From Chlorokybus atmophyticus (taxonomy: Eukaryota; Plantae; Mesostigma and Chlorokybus algae), in NCBI GenBank assembly GCA_009103225.1, contig RHPI01002402.1, forward strand, positions 1,042,366-1,106,365: a DNA stretch of 64,000 bases, read 5' to 3'. This document shows, one piece after another, positions 52,600-63,716 of the stretch (position 1 is its first letter; every line of letters starts with the position of its first letter). The translations under genes were made by a program, and so were the position numbers. The notes under the pieces are model-generated. The model saw nothing but the letters and a program-made list of their open reading frames with translations, was not told where the DNA came from and did not search any database.

Positions 52600-53960
52600 T
52601 AACAACACCTCGCGTAGTGTGTTACCAACCTTGCACTGGAGTCGTACGTTGCCAACTCCCTCAGCCACCAGTACTTCACCACCGAAGCCCGCCACCTTGA
52701 TTGTGGACGTCAGCTTCCTGTAGCCCTCCATCACCTCCTTGTTTGGTGTGAGATGACGATCGCAGCCAGAGTCCACCACCCAGAAAGCTGTGCCCGCCCT
52801 CGAACTGGATGCAGTGAAGGCGACATGTTTCTCCTTGTGTTGGTGCTCGTTGCCGCTGTTGTTTCTTCCTACAGTCCTTCACAATGTGCCCCTTCCAACC
52901 ACACAAGTGGCATGTGAGGTCTTTGTGACGAGGATTGCCTGGCTTGTTGCCCTTGTACTTCTCTTCATGGTTGCTCTTCTTTGCGTGCTTGCCGGTGTAG
53001 AAGGCGACGGCATCCGCTTGCTCGTCCTTCTTCACAACCCTCTGCTCCACGGTGAGCAGCTTCGGTAGCACATCGTCCAACGTCAACTCCGATGATGACG
53101 TCTCCAGCAGGGTTGCGACGACCTCGTACTCTGCTGGTAGCCCTGCAACAATGGCCAGCACTACCTCCGTCTCCCCCATGTTGTGGCCGACGTTGATGAG
53201 GTCCGCCCACAGCTCTCTCGCGCGCGCAACATACTTTGTGATGGGTTCCGCTGCCTCCTTCCTGAGTGCGCTGAGCTGCTTGCGTAGATGCAACTTTCTG
53301 GCATTGTTCTTGGCTCTGAAAACGGCTGATAGCTTTTCCCAAGCTTGTCTACCATCTTCACATGCAGTGAGCATGGGAAAGTGATGCGGTTTGCTGTTCA
53401 ACACAAGCAAAGAGTGTGCTTCTGCTGAATGCTCTGACCACACAGTGTTCGCTCCTGGTGTTGGTGGTGGTGCCTTCGGATCAACGTACTTCCACACCTT
53501 CTTGTGGATGAGCAAGGCCTTCATCTCCACGCACCATGTGTTGTAGTTGTCGGTGTCCAGCTTTGCAATCTGCCCCTTGTCGTAGGTCGCCTCCATCTCT
53601 GTCGTGCCTGCCTTTTCTTGCAGTTGACACCCAAGGCTCTGCTACCAACAAGCTACCGTAGTGTAGAACTACTATGCACACAAGCTAGTCTCACACTCCT
53701 CAAGCGTAGTGTGGGCCCATAACCTGTTGAAGGACTAGCATGCACATGTAGTTGAGGCAAGCATAGATACACAAAGACAGAGCTACCGCCACCAGAGCAT
53801 ACACAAGTCACATCACATTCATCTATTACAAGTTGTCCGCTGGTTCTTATACCAGCCAGTTACACACACGTCTACGTTTGCAAGCACTGCGTAAGCTATA
53901 CTCAGCTTTTTGACACACTTTAAGCTGCGTTGTCTTTCTTACAACCAGAGCTTTCCAACA
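52600..53960 (-). mobile_element. Truncated Ty1/copia element: 5' LTR, PBS, gag and protease only
   Basis: LTR TGTTGG...TCAACA at 53960-53725 (236 bp) and PBS GGTTATGGGCCCAC (copia-type half-tRNA-iMet primer site) at 53724-53711. The gag ORF 53596-52676 has LDTDNYNTW...MKALL and CHLCGWKGHIVKDC; the protease motif WVVDSGC follows after a frameshift. The element ends abruptly at ~52600. Confidence 0.93.
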
Positions 53961-54136
53961 AGCTCTCACACGCCTAATATGAGTAAGTATACGCGGAGAT
54001 ATAAAGCAATTAGTAAGGCTCCTGTCTGGAGTCCGGAGTCTGGTCCGACGACGCCATCTTGCTAAGTCCGGACCTAGTGCTCGTCCTTACGACCTTCTAC
54101 TCCGGTGTGGAGGGTCGATGCTGATCGTATGTAGGA

Positions 54137-55259
54137 ATGACTCTCAACGGCCCGCTGGATGGGGAATGGTATGCGGGCGTTGTGGAATCATTCAAGCAAG
54201 CGTCAGGTCAGCATCGCTTCGTGGCGTGCGAGATTGAGGACGCATCATATATGCATGGTGCAATGGAAAATGTCTTTACAGGGCAGCACCGTATAGTATT
54301 CGATGACGGTGATTGACCACAAACCATCAACTTCAAAGGGCACAACGTATTCGCGTACACATCAGTTGACGGGGCACGCCATGTTCTGCGCGCCGGAGGG
54401 GAGAACGTCAATCGCAAAGTAAGCCCGGACGGCATCATTGTTGGTCCCTGGCCAGCACCACGGCCAGCCTTGACCACATACACGCCATTTGACAACCAAG
54501 CTGGGATGCACACGCAAATCAAGGGCACTCGACCTATTCTGCGGCGGTGGCGGTGCCAGTGTCGGTCTATACCACGCAGGCTTTGACGTGACGGGGATGG
54601 ACATAAGTCCCTCCTCTGAGTACCCGCTGCCCTTCATACCCCGCAATGTATGCACCCTGAGTGCAGGAGAGCTGAGCGAGTACGAGCTCATTTGGGCCAG
54701 TCCACCATGCCGGGCCTATTCAGGTGCTATCCCAGCACCTCAACGGGCGGCACATGGCACATCCTGGAGACACCAGGATATGATACCGCTCGTCCGACGT
54801 CTGCTGCTTGCAAGCCAGGTCAAGTTTGTGATTGAGAATGTGCCAGGAGCAGCTTCCTCATTCAAACCCAATCTGTCCCTTTGTGGCACGATGTTTGGCC
54901 TATCAACTTTCCGACACCGTCTGTTTAAGACACAGCCAGTGGTAGCTACCCCATCAGCACGCTGCTCGCACGCGGGCAAGGCAGTTGGACTGCTATCGCC
55001 GCACCTGTCCGCTAGCGCGAAGAAGACAATCGTGACATCAAACGCGCCACAGCAGATGTACCCGGTCTATGGCCTTCCAAGCACCAGGGGCGGCATTGCT
55101 GCGTGGCAAACAGCGCTGGGAGTGCCATGGATGACCTCGGCCGTTTCCATAGCGAATGCAGTTCCTCCCGCAATGGCGGAGTGCATAGGGCGTCTCATGC
55201 TTGAAACAATGGATATGCGCTGTGACTACCCTCCTGTGTCATGGAACTATGAGGCTTGA
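54137..55259 (+). CDS. C5-cytosine DNA methyltransferase, predicted spliced to an upstream Tudor domain (Tudor exon has an in-frame TGA)
   Basis: MTase motifs I DLFCGGGGA, IV WASPPC, VI ENV, VIII RHRLF and X ANAVPPAMAECIG lie in an open frame at 54501-55259. Upstream exons 54137-54206 and 54282-54418 encode PLDGEWYAGVVESF...GQHRIVFDDGD* and join by GT-AG introns 54207-54281 and 54419-54500 in the correct phase. Confidence 0.88.
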
Positions 55260-55462
55260 GTGTGGTGCACTGTATTGATGCTTAATGCCACACGGCGGAC
55301 TGATTGTTGAATGTTGCATGGATCATTCGATTGTGGTGACAGTTGTGCAGTGACAGCTGCCCGGTATTGTACACGTCCACATGCAAAAGTCTTAGCATAC
55401 GATTAGCAATGCCTAACTGACTGATATGCTCCAAACTCAGAGTAGTGAGACAAGTACATGTG

Positions 55463-58400
55463 TCACGTGGAAGTGCAGTGAACGTTCACCCAATACTTGC
55501 CCTCTTGTACACGGGCGCTGTCCTTGTCAAACATGGGGAGCAGCTGGACAATGCCTTTTACTTGCTCCAGAGTCACGACATCGAGATGTGGACCGCCTCG
55601 ACGCTTTTCCCATTCCAGAGCGATGCACTTTGTGTCGCTCGTCACATCCAGCTTCGTGTACCAGCGGACAAACACGACCTCCTTCCACACGCGCTCGCCG
55701 CTACCACCCCACACCACCACGCGCAGAAAAAGGAGTGCCTGAGCCCACCACGTCACGTTCACACCGTCCTCATCACCTTCCAACTCAAGTGTAGAGAACC
55801 AAGGCCGCCCATGGAACATCCCAGTTGCGCGCGCCATGCTGACTCCTGATGTCATGTACACCGCTGCGCCTCCGTTCACCACGCGAACAGCACGCCACCC
55901 GTCGGCCAACTCCAGTTGTTCCCTCCTCAACCAGCTGTCCAGGGTGGCAGGCAGCTTGTCGGCAAATGGAGTCTTCAAGGCGACTTGGCGGCTACGCGCA
56001 GATCCGCTCCAGTACGGGCTGGACTCCCTCCTTGTCAGCACATCCATCCGTAGCAACTTGTCCGTCTTCTCCATGACATTACAGCACTGCTGCCGCGCCT
56101 GCGCCATGACCGAGCGCATCTCGGGATCCACGACCATGCCATCCTCTCTCACATATTCCGCACAGCTCCATGCCTTCAGGATACGTGCCTGGTAGTCCCG
56201 GATGTTGCCACCACGCGCCCACTGTTTGATATTTTGGGCGTGCGTCTGCTCCATGCGGTTGGCGCTGAACCAATCTGGGTGTCCACTGCTGACAATTGCC
56301 GGCCCAAAATGAGTGAGCTGATGCATCTTCTCGATCTTCCAACCTGACTTCTGTGCAGAATATGACGACAGTAGCGGATGCAACACTGCAGCTTTGAAGG
56401 CAGCCAGCTCGTTGTCGGCTGTGGTCAGGGTCTCTCTTGTGTGTTAATGCGCCTTCAGCAACTTTTTACTCCACTGGGCAAGCGATGCGGCAGCAATGGT
56501 GAGGAAATCGTCGCCCTCACTGTCGAGCAGCAAACCGTCTGCGAGGACCGGCAGCAGCTGCAGCACCGCCACTTTCTCCACCACCTAAAAGGAGTGGTCG
56601 GACAGGAAGAAATGTACTGTGCTTGTGGGTGCCTTGAAGTGCGAAACCCGCAGAGTCGCCTTGCATGCATTCAGCCTGTGCACATCTGCTCGTGAGCACG
56701 TGTTGTTGGCTTTTGTGTTCAACACAAAAGCAACACCAAAGACGTGCCTGGCCTGCAGAATCTGTCTCGTGGATGGACGCATTCGTTCCTTCGCGGCGTC
56801 GTACACAGCAGCAAGCAGGTGGTCAATGATGCCTCCCAGCACATGCATTGCGTCAGGGGCAAGACGAGAGTAGCAGTCAGCTCCCGGCACCCGCGACTGT
56901 CGCCAACCCCACAGTGCATTCTGTTGCCAAACCACATTGCCTGGTTTCACGGAAAGCCATTCATCCTCACGAATGCCGGTAATTTGACCATTACCTCCTC
57001 GACATGCATGGAGTGCTGCTCTTTGAAAGCCTTGGCTGTCTGGCGTGCATTCCTAACACCGCTATGCAGGTCCGCCCGCAGCTGACGTATTGCTGGTGTG
57101 TAGAAGGCCTCGGTTCTCAATTCCCGATCCTCATCCATCTCCAACAGATCTGATTTGATGACGAGACAAACATTGCAAGGATGTCGTGTTTGGTTGCCCG
57201 ACACAGTGCATGCGAGTGTGGCAGTCCTTTACAACACGACAAACTCAGATGTTTTACTGACAACATCCTCCATGCACTGTTTGCTGGCAGGCTGCATCCG
57301 GTTACAACCATTCATGCCCACTACCTGCAAATCGCTGATGTAGTTGGCAAGCGCGGGAAACACACGACGCTCGATGCCATTCGGGTCGATGAGCTGCAGA
57401 CCTTCCCAACTCGCCCGCTTCACATCCCTTAACACTACATTCAAAGCGTCATGGAAAATCTCACGTTTTCGAATGGGGGACGATTCCTTGCCCTGCGCCC
57501 AGGTGGGATGCCCGGCCACCGCGTGAACCACCGGCAGAAGCGCTATCATAACAACCCCCATGTTGCTAGCATACATGTCCCAACTGTAGTTGGCAAGCGA
57601 TGCCATCAGAGGGTAGCCAGAGCGCTTGCCCGCGCTGTCCAGCGTGGTCTTGTCACTGTACAGAATGGCAGGCGCCAAGTAGGACACTTCCCCCACCTCT
57701 CCTCAAATCCACCTCCACATCCTTCCACCAATCGCCCGTGGAAGGATGGCCAAAGCTGTGCTCGTCACCAGTGTACTGGAGATTGAAGCCATTGGCGGCA
57801 TGTGGATTGCCATACAACCGCGCGAGCCATACCTGCTCCGACCAAGAGCATTACTTACTATGCTGGCCTCAGAATAGATACTGCATCGATACTGCATTAG
57901 GTACTGCATTTCACAGACCTTGGCCGGCATATATGTGACGCAGATGTCCTGATCCTCAGGGTCTCCAGGCTTGCGCAGGTCAGCCGTCACGTAGTTCTGA
58001 TACGGCAGCACACTCGCATGTGCATATGTGACATGGCCCTGATGGTTGAAGCACATGCACCGCACACCGTGAACACACCTCAGATTGAGAGAAAGCAATC
58101 GTGGTCCGAAGGTAGCTGGCCGCATGCACACCGGTCTCCCAGTGGAGCACTTCCGTCAGGAAGTGTGCATTTCGGATGCACTTGATGATCCGCCCCATGT
58201 CGGAGGCCGACAGGCCTTGGCCGTTGTTGCACTGCACGAATGCCACTGCAAGAGCATGCTCCGAGCCATACCACCTGGATTCCGACGCGTGCGAAGGGAC
58301 GCCTCCACTTCCATGTTGGCGTGCCACAGGTTTCTCAGGCACACGCACACATCGAAAGCCCTCGTTCACTTCCTCCTCCTCCTGTTGCTGCTGTGCGTGT

Positions 58401-58603
58401 GTCTCCTGGAGGAATCCTTCAGCATCAAGCATGTGAGCATCCTGGATCGAACTCCCCGGTTCAACATGACCCGCATCGTACCGTAATGGACGCTGGCCGA
58501 CGTACAGCTTGATCTGCTTGCACACCCTGCTGCTAATAATGTGCATGTAGACCGAGCTGCGTGTGGCGAAGCGCATGTGGCAATACGGACAAAGGACTCC
58601 CAT
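55463..58603 (-). mobile_element. Plavaka-type (CACTA-related) DDE transposase gene with N-terminal zinc finger; spliced, with a frameshift and stops
   Basis: CPYC...H...C, HPSTGDWWKDVE, PAILYSDKTTLD...GYPLMASLAN, IFHDALNVVL, RRVFPALANYISD, HPCNVC, PDAMHVL, KMHQLTHF...MEQTH and a C-terminal ARATGMFHGRPWF...VRWY...VQLLPMF. There is a frameshift near 57700. Confidence 0.82.
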
Positions 58604-58670
58604 ATCTCACTACTAACGTCGACACAGGTGTCGCCAATGTAACCTGCATCATATCCAGCAACACGCACAC

Positions 58671-58702
<32 letters not shown>

Positions 58703-58759
58703 GCCACCGCTACCGCTACCCTTGCATGCCAGAGGCGGGAAACTTGGCCGCCAGTCACT

Positions 58760-58960
58760 GGCTCCGTCGTACCATTATAATGGTACGATCGAGCCATTGA
58801 ACGTCCAGGGTGAGTCTGGATATATATATATATATATATATATATTCTGATTGAACCGTTTCAATGGTACGAAGATGCCTTTGCCAAAAGGTATAGGCAT
58901 TGTACAAAGGTACCATTGAAATGGTACCTTTGTACAATGGCAATGGCAGTTCGTACCATT
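58760..58960. promoter_or_regulatory. Palindromic TCGTACCAT motif cluster between the divergent transposase and gene Y
   Basis: Perfect 22-bp palindrome at 58767-58788, a 16-bp inverted repeat at 58901-58936, extra half-sites at 58864 and 58951, and a (TA)n tract at ~58821-58845. Confidence 0.6.
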
Positions 58961-59120
58961 GACAACTCTGGCAATGTCAGTCCCCCTGCGCATGAAAACA
59001 CCATTGATAGCTCCGCCAAGCTATGCCCTTACAGGGGCGTGATGCCGAGGGTATGTGGCGTTTGGAAGATCGTTGGCGGCGCTGCCAGGGGCGTAGTGGG
59101 CATTGTGGTCGAGGTCCGGG

Positions 59121-59940
59121 ATGAATTCCATGTTCGCACAGGGCGGGCAGGGTGCCGGAGGGGTGTCCTCGGTGTCAAACCCCACCAAGACTACCAAGGG
59201 CACATCCAATGACAACAGTGACTCGGGCGATATCTTACAGGGCTCCCCCTCCGAGTGGGCAAAGGCACACCACAATACTGCCTCTAAGAAAATCCGACCC
59301 ACCAGCAGCTGCGACCACGGCGACATGATTGAAGGGACCAAACAAGACTGGCATAACCAAGGTGGGTTACGATGCACTGTCAATGCCACATGCTAGGGTT
59401 CTTTTATCTTGCACATGCACAGCCTCAAGTATCTTGCACTTGACATACATTGTCAATACGACATGCACACCCTCATGCACAACCTCCAGTGTCATGCACA
59501 TGAACAGCATAACCAATCTCGCAAATGCACAGCCTATTTATACTTGCGGGAGCTCACAAGTCGCAAAATAGAAGCTGCGGAGTACCACGAACGGGTAATC
59601 CATGACCTAGTTTAATGTTTACAGCGGTAATTAAGCAGTATGCTTGCAGATTGCCATGTTGGTCAGAGTGAACCAAGAGCAGCGCGGCAGGCTGACTGTC
59701 TGCCTGGCGGAGTGCAACAAAGCGGAAGACGAGGTAAGCGTGTGTATGCTGATGGGCTAGTCCTCTGGCAGCACGCCACTCTTACAGCATTACCAAATGC
59801 AGGTGGTCACTCTCAAAGCGACCATCAAGCGCATGCGCGTGCACGGCGAGGCGCTGACATTCAAGCTGAAGGACGAAGTAGCCGCTGTACTGTCAGCGAG
59901 CGAGGCAGCGGATGAAGATGACTCCGGCGTTGAAGCATAA
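59121..59940 (+). CDS. Gene Y: intact 4-exon hypothetical protein of about 174 aa
   Basis: Exons 59121-59361, 59533-59594, 59650-59733 and 59803-59940 all have GT-AG ends and consistent phase, giving MNSMFAQGG...AYLYLRELTSRK...IAMLVRVNQEQ...VVTLKATIKRM...SGVEA*. Confidence 0.75.
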
Positions 59941-60538
59941 GACTCGTCGGAGGAGGAACAGGAGGAGGGGGTTTGAGGAGGAGTTCTGAGGCAGGCACCA
60001 TGGGTTGACAAGCTGCGCATGAGTCCAACAGCTAGACTCAATGTTATAGGGTAGTTTCATGCGCAAGTCGGCTGCTCAGTTGTACGTGGACATACTCTCA
60101 CCACTGCCCGTACATTGTATATATTGTGGGCTTTTAGGTGCAAGACCAAACAATCAGTCCAAGGTTTGTACAAGCTGCATGGCATGTTAGTGTTGGCTTA
60201 CGGCAAGAATTGCCAGCTTTTGTCAAACGGCAAGGGTCACATATTAACAGCAGTGTAACGGCGAAAAAACTGCCGGCTATTGCTGTCAGCTGTCCGTAAC
60301 TACCGGCTAACGGCCGTCTGTGCACATCGACCAAAGGGTAACTGGTTGACAACTCTTGGCCGGTTAGTGCCACTGACAACCACTTTCGGCCCGCGGCCGT
60401 CTGCGTCAGTCCACTTAAGCCAACGGCAAACCCAACAGTCCAAAAGTAATATTTCAGGCAGCAACAGGCAGGCTCAGGCACCAGTCAGTCCCTCAGTCCT
60501 TAGTCACCGTGTAAAATTTGCGACGCCCCCAAGCACAA

Positions 60539-63500
60539 CGTCGCAATATGTTTTCCCTGCCGGCCGACTAAATATTGGCAACGGCCGTGCACCTGAGGAC
60601 GCTAATTTAGACTGTCGTGGCTCAGGCCGCCTGTAATCTTGATACAGGGACCTAATAGTAACTTTCGTTACTGTAAGGCCCTTTTTGTTACAATTAGTCT
60701 TTAACAGTTGACTATGTCTAACTAACAGGCGCCTGTTAGTTACCTATCAGGCCTTAACAGGTGACTTGAAATAACTAACAGGCACCTGTTAGTCACACAT
60801 CAGGCCTTAACAAATGACTTTGTGTAATTTACAGGCAACTGTTAGTTACAAATCAGGCCTTATTAGGTGACTACAACTAATCAACGGGCACCTGTAAGTT
60901 ACACATCAGTCTTACCTAGGTGACTCAGCCTATGTGACAGGCACCTGCAGGTTACACACCAGTCCAGCGCAGGCGACTAAGCCTAATTCACAAGCACCAA
61001 CTAGGTAATTATCGACAAAATAAGGCATTCTTTAACAACTGAAGGTGACCAATGCCTAACTGTCGTCATATGTATTTGCATAGCTTGACTACACGCGACT
61101 GTCACTGACTTCCAGCATTGTTATGTGCCTGTGCTGTGTACATGTACCTGAAATGTGTACAGTGTCTCTCAGTCACTTGCCAAGGCTTGTAGTTCGATTA
61201 TGTGACTCGAATGCAGTTCTGTTGTATATCATAGGGATGCAAGTATTGATGTGCATGAGCATAATGACGATTGACTGAGCTGGTTTAAGATGCACAACAC
61301 TCAGTCACAAGAGCCTTGTAGCTATGTACACTACCAGCTAAACGGACTACCAACTGCGCTACAGCTCCTCTCCATCATCGCTGGTCTCGTCATTACGGAA
61401 TAAAGCACCACGCGCTGGGGCCTGTGGAGGAGACGCCGGAGCTGACTCTTCCTCCTCAAACGGTTGTGCCAGCCAATCAAATGCCGCTTCTGCCTCAGCG
61501 AGTGGGTCACGAGCTGCTGTCTCTTGCGGCCGGCGCCGATTGGGATCTTTCAGGTATTCGACACAAGATGCAGTGCGGCGTTTCACAAGGGTGAATGGCT
61601 GGAGGGCTGCGTACCGTTGCCTCATCTCCCGCTTCATTGACATGATCATGGTGTTGATTTCGCTGAGGTACTCTTCATGTGTGTCTATGCTGGCAGCTAG
61701 GAGAGGGTCTCCATCCTTGCCCTTTAGGATGCGCTCCACCTGCGTAGTTTACAGGCATGTCTTAGTGGCATCGAAAGCCACTATTCACTGCAACGCGTCT
61801 GCAAGCCTGTAGTTTGGGGCTACAGCATTCCTGAATTGCTAATGATGGAGTTCAGAGTGCTCACCGTAAGCAACAGGTATGCGAGGTGGTTGACTGTCAG
61901 CTGCCGGCGACCAGGTGTAGTGACGGCGTAAGACCAGCATTGCACGATCATTTGCCAGATTATGGGATTGCCCCATTCATGGATGTATCTCCTCCGCTCC
62001 GGGTCTGCAGTGTCGGTCACCTCAAATCTCCGCCATGACTTGTCTGCGACAGTCATACCGACAAGGCATTAGTCACGAAATAGATAGTTCAAGTTGAGCC
62101 TGCACCAGGCTAGAATAGTGCCTGTGACTTACTTTGGAGCGCGTTGCGCATCTGGGCTTTTTGGGTCTCGGGGTCCATTAGGGCGTCGATGTGCCTGATT
62201 GAATCGGTTACAATAGGCGAGATGAGTACGTGTGTATGGAGGCTGAGTAAGAAGGCAGTGTTGCATAGCAGACATGGTGGTGAGGGACCCAACTCACTTG
62301 CGCTTGTTGCTGTTAAACAGTGTCCACTTGTACTCCTTCTCAAGGACATGCTTGATCTTGGTGACGTTCTCAGACCGGACCTGCGTAGCTTTCTTCAGGG
62401 CGACACTCCAGTGGAAGGGGCACTCCTTGGGAGTCCAGTACACCTCATAGAACTTGGCCGCATCGGCCTCGTCGTCATGGTCGAAGCCAACTACCTGTCA
62501 CGGGCAGGTTGGTCAGTGTCACGGTGCAGTGCGGTCATGAAGCATTCACAGCACCTGACACATGACGTTACGAATAGTGTCCTCCTTGGGATAAACGTGG
62601 CTCTCTACCCAGTGGCCGTTTATGATTTCAACGACGGCATCTCGCAAATGCTGTCCACAGAAGAACAATCCGTTACACACATACACACAGTGTCACAGTG
62701 TCACACAGTGCTTACCTCGTTGCCAATCTTCCACTTGCTTGGGGAAGGGTTGCTGACGGCCGAGGTTGCCACGTCACGGCCAAATGCGTTTGGGTTGGGG
62801 GTTCCAATCGACCCTCTGCAAGCACAACCACATGAGTCATGCTGCCAGCCATGAAAGATGCAACCCTCACAGTTGCAAAAGAAGAACAACGTGCACAGTG
62901 TATCCAGAACGCATGCAGTGAGTCACTGTGCTAGTCATGATAGAAGCAAGCATCCAAGTTAGAAGTTGAGCAAGAAGCAACGTGCACAGTGCATCAAGAA
63001 CGCATGCAGTCTAGCTTGCCCTTGCGACTGCGGTGTCAGGTGGAGTTGTTGTGATGTGCTGGGCGTTAGCGCGGGGTCTTGCTGCGATTGGTTGGCGACG
63101 GTTGCCTGGTTGAACACTGGGGGCAATGTGGACAACTGGCGCCGACCTCCACGACGAGGTGCACTTACGGATGGACCACGAGGCATCTCTCCAACTGATA
63201 GTCGGGTGCCGCCTGTTTAGCTGTAAGTGGCGCTGCCGCCTCCAACGCTGCCGCCGCCGGTTGGCCCGCCCGAATGTATGAGGCGCGAAAACGAAAATGA
63301 GGCGGTTTTGAACGTCTAGAGTCCCGCACTAGAGTCGCACTTGTAGTGCGTCCTTGCTCCTATGGTTGATGGTACGACTTATGCATTCGTGCCATGCATG
63401 CTTCGTACAACCATTGTTACCAATGGTTGTGTCGTAACATTTATGGTACGACAGAGGCATCTCTCGTCCAACCCCAGCGATTGCCGTACAATGGCTTTGT

Positions 63501-63602
63501 CGTACCATCCATGGTACGACATAGGCATTGCTCGATCAGCCTCAATGGGAGTTAGCATGCACTCACCCAAACACGCTTCATTGATGGCCGGATGATGGCA
63601 CG
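60539..63602 (+). repeat. ~3.07 kb direct repeat, copy 2
   Basis: Near-identical to 49533-52598; visible differences are mostly transitions. Confidence 0.98.
61359..63186 (-). CDS. Gene X copy 2: 7-exon hypothetical protein
   Basis: Same exon structure as copy 1, and the reading frame appears open. Confidence 0.75.
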
Positions 63603-63685
63603 CAGGGGCACCAGGACAATGACGGGTCGAATGTCAGGCTTGATGGGCCTGGGTTCGACTAGGAGGCGGAGGACCAGGAGTCGGA

Positions 63686-63716
<31 letters not shown>

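Noticed and set aside
54489-55259. MTase as bacterial contamination or part of a restriction-modification system
   Set aside because: It is contiguous with intron-containing genes and has phase-correct upstream introns, and there is no restriction enzyme or operon context.
49533-63602. The 3-kb direct repeats as LTRs of one giant retroelement
   Set aside because: There are no TG...CA ends, PBS or PPT at their borders; each contains a spliced gene; and no RT lies between them. Haplotype or assembly duplication is not fully excluded, but the copies differ at many sites.
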